Of a DNA stretch of 64,000 nucleotides, positions 57,448 to 64,000 are shown one piece after another. The stretch lies in assembly GCA_035447925.1 (NCBI GenBank), contig DAOTHY010000001.1, forward strand, positions 108,300 to 172,299. The letters are read 5' to 3'. The stretch is from Thermotogota bacterium (lineage in GTDB: Bacteria > Thermotogota > Thermotogae > MWEM01). Position 1 is the stretch's first letter. Each line of letters opens with the position of its first letter. Position numbers and translations under genes: made by a program. The notes under the pieces are model-generated. The model was not told where the DNA came from. It ran no database searches and was given only the letters and a program-made list of their open reading frames with translations.

Positions 57448-57640
57448 TTTCTAGGCTTCTCCTGATTTCTTCTATCTTTATTTGAGATTCTTCAAGTTGT
57501 TGTTGAGCTTTTTTGTATAAATCAACTGCCGTTTGATACTTTTTTATCGCTTCTTCTAGGCCTACATCATCTTTCTCCAGCTCTTTTGCTATATCAGCCA
57601 ATTCATTTAAAATATCTTCGATTTTTCTTTTCGTTGCCAC
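57440..57640 (-). CDS. xseB: Exodeoxyribonuclease VII small subunit
   Basis: 66-aa helical protein (LEEAIKKYQTAVDLYKKAQQQL). It overlaps the dxs start. Confidence 0.8.
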   Translation of the reverse strand: MATKRKIEDILNELADIAKELEKDDVGLEEAIKKYQTAVDLYKKAQQQLEESQIKIEEIRRSLENE

Positions 57641-57650
57641 CCTATCGCCT

Positions 57651-58919
57651 CTAAATTAAGTTTTTATTGATTGAAATGATTTTTGAATTTGCCATACCGT
57701 CTTGTAGATAAATGTTTACCAAATCACTTGCTTTCAATTGTACCACACTATTTACGGTTATTCCGCCTTTTTCTATTTTAGCATACCCTTTTTTCAGATA
57801 TTTTAAAGGATCGTTTGCCTTGATTTTTTCAATATTGACTACCAAATTGGTATGCAATTTACTGAATTTTAATTCGGCGAACGGTGTTTGAAGCATTTTG
57901 TTGATCAAAGACAACCGTTGCCGTTTCTCACTCGTTATTTTTTCTATATGATTTTCAATCTGATTCATTTGAATCTGAAGACTCTTTAACTCTTCCGCAA
58001 CAACTCTGGCAGGCTCAAAATGATGGATTATTTTCATGGTATGGTTCAACTCGACAAATTGGTTTTCGATTTTTCTTTTGATGATAAGACGTATTTTCTC
58101 AATCTCGTTTTTTTTGGATTCTATCAGTTCTTTCATATCTGGTGTTGCCAAAACTGCTGCTGCTGTGGGTGTTGAACCAACCGCATCTGCAGCATACTCT
58201 GACAATGTATGATCTGTTTCATGTCCCACTCCCACGATGATTGATTTCTGGCATTTTCGAACTGCCTTTACCACATCGGGGTGATTAAAGCACCAAAGGT
58301 CTTCAATAGCTCCCCCGCCTCTCACCAGTAATAAGATCTCTGACTGAGAACATTCTGCCGCTTGAATAGAATCTACAATTTCATTTATCGCCTTTCCCTG
58401 CACCCCCGAATGAAATAACTGAATGACACATTCCGGATACCGTTTTTCGATTGTTTTGATGACATCCTGAAAAGCGGCGCTGCTTCTTGAAGTAATGACT
58501 CCAATCACTTTGGGGTAATGAGGTAGTGGTTTTTTTTCTTCTGGAGGTTTAGGAATTATTTTTTCGTTAATCAATGTTTGTTTGATTTGTTCATATTCCA
58601 GCATCAGAAGTCCGGTTTTGGAAATCTCTCTCATGGATTTGATATAAAACTGGAACTCTCCCCTGGGTTCATATATTGAAAGATAACCGTATGCCTCTAC
58701 AATGCTTCCCTCTTTTATGGTATTGGTAATTTGTTTGGGTATCATAAAATAAACACTTTTTAAAACTGCATTTTTTTCCTTTAAAGTCAAATAAGCGTGT
58801 TGTGCATGAATTTTGAACGTACCGATTTCACCTTGTATTTGAATATATCCTCCTATCTCATGATGTTGCTCAATAATCTCTTTTGCTTTTTGAAGTATCT
58901 CTGTAACAGTATAAACCAT
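57651..58919 (-). CDS. xseA: Exodeoxyribonuclease VII large subunit
   Basis: The OB-fold N-terminus (MVYTVTEIL...GEIGTFKIHA) is typical of XseA. I place the start at the internal ATG 58919, preceded by AAGGAGAT. Confidence 0.85.
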   Translation of the reverse strand: MVYTVTEILQKAKEIIEQHHEIGGYIQIQGEIGTFKIHAQHAYLTLKEKNAVLKSVYFMIPKQITNTIKEGSIVEAYGYLSIYEPRGEFQFYIKSMREISKTGLLMLEYEQIKQTLINEKIIPKPPEEKKPLPHYPKVIGVITSRSSAAFQDVIKTIEKRYPECVIQLFHSGVQGKAINEIVDSIQAAECSQSEILLLVRGGGAIEDLWCFNHPDVVKAVRKCQKSIIVGVGHETDHTLSEYAADAVGSTPTAAAVLATPDMKELIESKKNEIEKIRLIIKRKIENQFVELNHTMKIIHHFEPARVVAEELKSLQIQMNQIENHIEKITSEKRQRLSLINKMLQTPFAELKFSKLHTNLVVNIEKIKANDPLKYLKKGYAKIEKGGITVNSVVQLKASDLVNIYLQDGMANSKIISINKNLI

Positions 58920-59008
58920 ATTATCTCCTTCAAGATCTGAAATATTTTCAATCAGTTTTCGTCTTCTATTATACCCCAAGGGGGTATAAATTTTGGAGGT
59001 GTCATTTT

Positions 59009-59245
59009 ATGCACAAAAGAATAGTCATTTATTCCACACCCAGTTGTCCACATTGTACTTCTGCAAAAAGATATTTTAAGGAGTTAGGTATTCCTTTTAA
59101 AATCTACGATGTATCCAAAGACAGAAATGCTGCAGAAAAGATGGTCAAAAAAACTGGTCAAATGGGAGTACCAGTCATAGAAATAGGTAATCAAGTGATG
59201 GTCGGATTCAATAGAGATAGAATTGATAAAATGCTTGACGTATAG
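59009..59245 (+). CDS. Glutaredoxin-like protein (CPHC active site, YruB/NrdH-like)
   Basis: 78 aa with a CPHC redox motif in a thioredoxin fold. Confidence 0.75.
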   Translation: MHKRIVIYSTPSCPHCTSAKRYFKELGIPFKIYDVSKDRNAAEKMVKKTGQMGVPVIEIGNQVMVGFNRDRIDKMLDV

Positions 59246-59272
59246 TGAAAAAGGAGTTCGCTCCTTTTTCAC
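59245..59272. terminator. Bidirectional rho-independent terminator
   Basis: Hairpin GTGAAAAAGGAG-ttcg-CTCCTTTTTCAC between convergent genes. Confidence 0.7.
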
Positions 59273-61056
59273 TGATGTTCTTTTTGAAGACACTTTAGTA
59301 ATAAACCGTCAAAACTTTTGGAATGGTGATTAGCTATTCCAATGTTGGTTTTTAATTCGATGTTGATTCCAATTTGTTTTATTTTTTTATCATAATAGAT
59401 ATCATCGCACATTTTTTCAATTTTAGATCTTGCATCTTTCTCTTTCAGATTACAGAAATAAAGTAAAAAGGTTCCTTCTTTATAGATGCCCATGATGTCA
59501 CTATTTCTTATCGTAGCACTAATGATTTCCGACATTCTTTTCAGAATGATTTTTGCTACAGATAAACCGTATTTGTCCTTGATTTGTGAGTAATTTAGCA
59601 GTTCTAAATAAACGAGTATTCCACTATCATCATATCTTCTGATTTTGTCTAATTCCCGGTTAACCATCTCACTGAAAGTGGAGAAGTTTTTTGTTATACT
59701 GAGTTCTTGAGGGCTCAATCCTTTTTTCATCGCATAGATCAATGAAATGTAACGGGATAAAACTTCGAAGATGGTTTTTCGGATATCACTAACTTCCGTC
59801 AGTAGGGTTCCACATAAATTGACAAGATATTCTATTTTGAATTGTCCCAGTTCCAAAATCTGTTGTTGGTGCAAAGGATCTTCATCTGCTGTCGAACCTT
59901 TGACATAATCTTCTCTTTCTTTTGAAAAAACGAGATTCTCATTGATGATCAGTTTCATTACGCAAAAGCCCTCATTTTTTTCAAAGGACATTCGAAAAAG
60001 CGCTTGAAGTGAATCTGAAAAATCGATTTCTTCCTGATTCATCAAATTGTAAAAGTATTTGTCCAAATAGTCCATATCGTCTTTCAGTTCTAATAGCTGC
60101 TCACGATATAGAGACAGTTTTTCAACGTATCTTTTCATTTCTTTTTTGTCATTATCATAGTTCAAAAATTTCTCGTTGAGTTTTCTAAATAAAAGCCTTT
60201 GAAAATGGCTACTTGATTCAATCAGTTTTTCGGGAACTTGGCCTTCATCGATGATGACGGATAAAGATTTTTCCATCGCTTCTTTCCTTATTTTATTTTC
60301 TGTTTGTTGTTTATATTCGGCTAAGAAAATGACTATTAATCCAAAAATAAAAGGAAGAATGGAAAATAGAAACGGGGGAATAATTTCTTTGATAAAGGGA
60401 AGATAAACAACTAATCGATAATTATTCAGATTTTCGGAGTAGCTCATGAAAAGTGATGATTCTGATATAAAAAGTGAAGAACGAATCCAATGAAAATGAT
60501 CCTTCTCAAAATAATTGACTAGGGAAATATCATTATTTTTATACAAATAACCGTTATTGTTCTCATCAAAAATCAAAAAATGTGCTAAATCTAAATTCTC
60601 AAGATTGTTTTTAAAAAAACGCTGTGCTGAAAGTGTTCCCAAATAAATCCTGTTTTTTTCAATAATACCCATGTCAAAGCAGATGTCATTAATGATGGGA
60701 TCGTAATAAAAATCAGACAAAACAATTCTTTCTGTTTGAATCTTAGTAAATATGGAATGACCGCTGATGTTCATAATGGAAGGGATCAATTCGCCATACT
60801 GTAGCAATACATCCCCTTCTGTATCTGAAACCAAAACCCGCTGAAAATTTTCCGGATTAGATACCATTTGAATAGCACTCTGATTATAAAGGGTATCAAA
60901 AAGATTCACAAGATAGGTTGTTCGATCTTTAAGCAAGTTGATTAAGGACTGATAATTTGAAAAACCATAAAAAATCATGTAAATCAAATATAGAACAATC
61001 CATATTAATCTTAAACCGTTATATGTTATTTTTAAGGTTGTTTTTTGTTCTTTCAT
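59269..61056 (-). CDS. Membrane sensor protein with C-terminal degenerate GGDEF-like domain
   Basis: N-terminal TM helices, a second TM region near residue 230, then a GGDEF-like fold lacking the GG(D/E)EF motif (IMGIYKEGTFLLYF). Confidence 0.5.
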   Translation of the reverse strand: MKEQKTTLKITYNGLRLIWIVLYLIYMIFYGFSNYQSLINLLKDRTTYLVNLFDTLYNQSAIQMVSNPENFQRVLVSDTEGDVLLQYGELIPSIMNISGHSIFTKIQTERIVLSDFYYDPIINDICFDMGIIEKNRIYLGTLSAQRFFKNNLENLDLAHFLIFDENNNGYLYKNNDISLVNYFEKDHFHWIRSSLFISESSLFMSYSENLNNYRLVVYLPFIKEIIPPFLFSILPFIFGLIVIFLAEYKQQTENKIRKEAMEKSLSVIIDEGQVPEKLIESSSHFQRLLFRKLNEKFLNYDNDKKEMKRYVEKLSLYREQLLELKDDMDYLDKYFYNLMNQEEIDFSDSLQALFRMSFEKNEGFCVMKLIINENLVFSKEREDYVKGSTADEDPLHQQQILELGQFKIEYLVNLCGTLLTEVSDIRKTIFEVLSRYISLIYAMKKGLSPQELSITKNFSTFSEMVNRELDKIRRYDDSGILVYLELLNYSQIKDKYGLSVAKIILKRMSEIISATIRNSDIMGIYKEGTFLLYFCNLKEKDARSKIEKMCDDIYYDKKIKQIGINIELKTNIGIANHHSKSFDGLLLKCLQKEHQ

Positions 61057-61072
61057 TTGACTCCCTTAATCT

Positions 61073-62110
61073 TTAGTCTAATTTAGATAACACATTTAAA
61101 CCTTCTTCGGAGAAAGAAATAAGGTAGAAAGGTGTGTAAATTTGGTTTCCTTCAATCCTTAAAGGTATTTGCGGGTTTTTTTTAAGATAGGATTTGAGTG
61201 ATTCTGAATCCAAGGGTTGATTTTGTAAAAAGAGTTGTGCTAATAAATTGGAGATCATCGACAAAAGGCTGTTTTCATTATTAAAGTCAGTTATTCCGGT
61301 AGGATTAGCCAAAGTGATTCCATTAACACCATAGACATTTGAGCCGCTATAATACCTTACACGTTCACTGGAGTTCTCGATCAGTAAAATGATTTTATTG
61401 CGTGGGAAGCCTACGATATGTTCCAATAAATCAATTGTATTCTTTTCCTTTAGATTAATGATCAAAAAATCGGGGTTGATTTCTGATAAAGTTTTTCCCA
61501 TAGAATTGAAGAGATTTTCTGAATCGGCCCTTTCATTTAAAAAAATACTTTCTTTTTTTCCGTCGAGATGAAGTAAAAAGGATTCCATTTGATCTTTGTT
61601 GTTAATTTCGCTTATCACCAAAACCGATTGTGTCGGATTTATGTCAAATAACTGGTTAATCGCATTGGCTACGAGTTTGGGAAGAGGGAGTATATTGAGT
61701 ACATTATTCTTGTTATCCGACACTTCAAAATGCCCATTGTAAAGAGTGATAAAAAAAGAGGATGCGTATTCATTCGATTGCGAAAAGGCATTCAATAATT
61801 CTTCATTATTGAATTTACAAACAATAACATCGGATACACCTGATTTGATAATGCTTTTTAAATGCGACTCAAAATCCAATGTATTTTGATAGTATTTTAA
61901 TAAATAATCTATTTCATGAATAGACAGCTGAGTATGGGTTTGAATCTCCTGATGGATTAAACTTGATTGAGTCAGTTGAACTGTCTCGCCCTCTTTTGGC
62001 GCCAAAAAGGCGATTCTCAACTTTTCTCCTTTTTCCAGGAAAAAGAAAAAAACAATGCCGCTGACTATGATGATAATAGACAAGTAGAACACCGTGGTCA
62101 ATTTTTTCAT
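61073..62110 (-). CDS. Membrane-anchored periplasmic-binding-like hypothetical protein
   Basis: N-terminal TM/signal anchor followed by an alpha/beta region. It is probably co-transcribed with the downstream sensor. Confidence 0.4.
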   Translation of the reverse strand: MKKLTTVFYLSIIIIVSGIVFFFFLEKGEKLRIAFLAPKEGETVQLTQSSLIHQEIQTHTQLSIHEIDYLLKYYQNTLDFESHLKSIIKSGVSDVIVCKFNNEELLNAFSQSNEYASSFFITLYNGHFEVSDNKNNVLNILPLPKLVANAINQLFDINPTQSVLVISEINNKDQMESFLLHLDGKKESIFLNERADSENLFNSMGKTLSEINPDFLIINLKEKNTIDLLEHIVGFPRNKIILLIENSSERVRYYSGSNVYGVNGITLANPTGITDFNNENSLLSMISNLLAQLFLQNQPLDSESLKSYLKKNPQIPLRIEGNQIYTPFYLISFSEEGLNVLSKLD

Positions 62111-62718
62111 CAGACTAACCTTTCAGATAAGTAGATCCTAATTCCTCCGCTTTTAACAAGTGTTTTTACATTACTAAATACTTCTCTCATAAACTGCATA
62201 ATTCTATTTCCACCTTTATTATGATAAGCAACTACTTGAATTGTTCCGTTCTGCCGAAGATGATCGTGAGATTCTCTAATCGCTCGCATCCATACTTCTT
62301 TTCCGGCTGCTAAAGGGGGATTGAATAAGATCATATCAAATTGATTTTCTAACCAAGGTTCAAATAAATCACCCGATTTTGTGATTGCCTGTATATTATA
62401 ATTCAATGCATTTTCCTTGGCAAATCTTACAGCTCTTTCGTTAATGTCGCTCATGTACAGATTTAAATCAGGATTTTCTTTGACAAGAATGATTCCCACC
62501 GTACCGTAACCACATCCCAGATCTAACAAGTCTTTTCCGTTTAACCGGATATTGTCAATAAAACATGTTGTTGCACGGTTGGCTTTTCCAAAGGCAAAAA
62601 CACCAGAGGGGCTTTTTAACTTGTACTGATGACCATTTTTAAGTTTGATGCAAGCCTCTTTTACAATCAGATGAGACTTTGGTTGTTTTGAGTAATAATG
62701 ATCTGAAGTTTGTGTCAT
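62110..62718 (-). CDS. Class I SAM-dependent methyltransferase (RsmC/YabB small-domain type)
   Basis: SAM motif LDLGCGYGTVG and the catalytic NPPL motif. Confidence 0.7.
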   Translation of the reverse strand: MTQTSDHYYSKQPKSHLIVKEACIKLKNGHQYKLKSPSGVFAFGKANRATTCFIDNIRLNGKDLLDLGCGYGTVGIILVKENPDLNLYMSDINERAVRFAKENALNYNIQAITKSGDLFEPWLENQFDMILFNPPLAAGKEVWMRAIRESHDHLRQNGTIQVVAYHNKGGNRIMQFMREVFSNVKTLVKSGGIRIYLSERLV

Positions 62719-62721
62719 TCA

Positions 62722-63594
62722 TTAATCCTCTTCTTCCGGTAGTTCCTCTAAATCATCATCTGAGGATACTGGTTTTGAAATGATGGAATCTTTTCTTTCC
62801 CGGAAATAATCAAAAGGGATGTCCCTTTTGTTACCATCATCAGTAGTCGCTGAAACCATTTTTTTAAAGATATTGCAACCAATGACTTTACATACTTCTT
62901 CATTATACTGGATAATACTCCCCGGATCTGGGATCTCTGCCAGAATTTCTTCATAATTGTCCAGTTCATATTTCAGACAACAAAGTAACCGTTTACATTG
63001 ACCGGATATTTTTGCCGGATTGATCATCATTTGCTGTCTCTTTGCATCTCTTAGTGTGATTTTATCAAATTCTCGTTTGAATCTTCTACAGCAGACCGGT
63101 TGACCACACATACCAATGCTACCAATAAATTTCAACTCATCCCTGACACCCACTTGCCTTAATTCAATGCGGGTTTTAAAGCAATGAGCCAATTCTTTTA
63201 CAAGTTCCCTAAAATCAACTCGTCCTTCAGCACTGAAATAAAAGAGAAGTTTGGAACGATCGAACATGTATTGCGCTTTTAGCAATTTCATCGGCAAATG
63301 AAGTGAACGGATCTTTTCTTGACATATGCCAAATGCTTCTTCAGCATCCTCATTGTTTTCCAGCTCAGTACTTATATCTTGTGGCGTTAATGGTCTTAAA
63401 ATCGGTTTGACTTCATAGTCAATATCATCCATATCCAGTTCTTTTGGACCATTGATAACCTTTCCCACATCCAATCCGAAAAAACTCATTCCTAACACCT
63501 TTTCGCCTCTTTTCAGATCTCCTTCATATGTAAAATAATATTTCTTCCCAAACTCGAGAAATTCCACTTCATATACTTTTGCTATCATTCCCAT
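62722..63594 (-). CDS. ricT: PSP1-domain protein YaaT/RicT (stage 0 sporulation protein-like)
   Basis: PSP1 C-terminal domain with conserved Cys (CGQPVCCRRF...CKRLLCCLKYE). Confidence 0.8.
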   Translation of the reverse strand: MGMIAKVYEVEFLEFGKKYYFTYEGDLKRGEKVLGMSFFGLDVGKVINGPKELDMDDIDYEVKPILRPLTPQDISTELENNEDAEEAFGICQEKIRSLHLPMKLLKAQYMFDRSKLLFYFSAEGRVDFRELVKELAHCFKTRIELRQVGVRDELKFIGSIGMCGQPVCCRRFKREFDKITLRDAKRQQMMINPAKISGQCKRLLCCLKYELDNYEEILAEIPDPGSIIQYNEEVCKVIGCNIFKKMVSATTDDGNKRDIPFDYFRERKDSIISKPVSSDDDLEELPEEED

Positions 63595-64000
63595 TATTTT
63601 CGCTCACTTTCATGTATTAATTTCTGTGTTTTCATAAGATAGTTGATCATCAACAGTTCTGTATTCATCGATACTTGATGCATGTTTTTTATAGTTTCTA
63701 AGAAAAGGAAATATTCCCGTAATGTGTTTTTTTGTGTTAATATTTTCAGCTTCTTCTGAATGAATAATTTAGTCAAATAGGTATAACTGTTCGAACCTAA
63801 TAAAGCCTCTGCATTAAAAATAAGCAACGCATAGAAAATTCTTTCTGTTATTGAAAATAGATCTTTAAAAAAGATGTTATTGAAATGACTTACGGATGAT
63901 GATTCTTTTGACACTTTATTGATGCTTTTTTTGGAAAATAGATTTCTAAGATCTAGGAGAAAACAGTCAATTTCTTGTGGATTTTCTGAACTGACAAGGA
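63594..64000 (-). CDS. Partial CDS (runs off window end); possibly DNA polymerase III delta-prime (HolB) C-terminal region by synteny
   Basis: The reading frame stays open to the window edge. It sits immediately upstream of yaaT, as holB does in Firmicutes, and overlaps the yaaT start by 1 nt. I did not verify the sequence identity. Confidence 0.3.
   Translation of the reverse strand, partial: LVSSENPQEIDCFLLDLRNLFSKKSINKVSKESSSVSHFNNIFFKDLFSITERIFYALLIFNAEALLGSNSYTYLTKLFIQKKLKILTQKNTLREYFLFLETIKNMHQVSMNTELLMINYLMKTQKLIHESERK

Noticed and set aside
1-64000. Search for CRISPR arrays, IS elements, integrases and prophage genes
   Set aside because: There are no regularly spaced direct repeats, no transposase or integrase-like ORFs and no phage structural gene signatures. 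The window looks like core chromosome apart from the 45.6-53.0 kb cassette.

Overview
This is a 64 kb chromosomal window from a low-GC (about 35%), Firmicutes-like genome. Its gene content fits an anaerobic halophile of the Halanaerobiales type: a sucrose-phosphate synthase with only a GT-B domain sits next to a PfkB fructokinase, and there are candidate outer-membrane beta-barrel proteins. I call about 60 protein genes and one tmRNA. The housekeeping genes are pheST, serS, dnaB, lgt, rlmN, coaE, tldD/pmbA, recQ, rsmD, argF-like OTCase, plsC, gpsA, tyrA-like, dxs, xseAB, rsuA, yaaT/ricT and a divergent purH. I also call a Fur regulator with a palindromic Fur box, four rho-independent terminators and several signalling proteins. 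I found no CRISPR array, IS element, integrase or prophage signature. The main hunting result is a tightly packed co-directional four-gene cassette on the minus strand (45633..53002). It encodes an extended sigma-70/ECF-like sigma factor, a soluble zf-HC2 anti-sigma-like protein, a 1011-aa TPR-CHAT caspase-like protease with an intact His/Cys dyad, and a translationally coupled DinG/XPD-family Fe-S helicase fused to an N-terminal RecB/Cas4-like PD-(D/E)XK nuclease domain. The architecture parallels the protease/anti-sigma/sigma logic of type III-E Craspase loci, but there is no CRISPR. I interpret it as a candidate protease-gated sigma-factor signalling or defence module; this is inference from domain motifs only. 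Secondary observations are a divergent PurH paralog; a sucrose-synthesis cluster; a tmRNA convergent with SPS; a REC-HPt phosphorelay protein paired with a BTAD/degenerate-GGDEF protein; an SBP-like protein paired with a degenerate-GGDEF sensor; and an exported HExxH/beta-propeller/beta-barrel protein.
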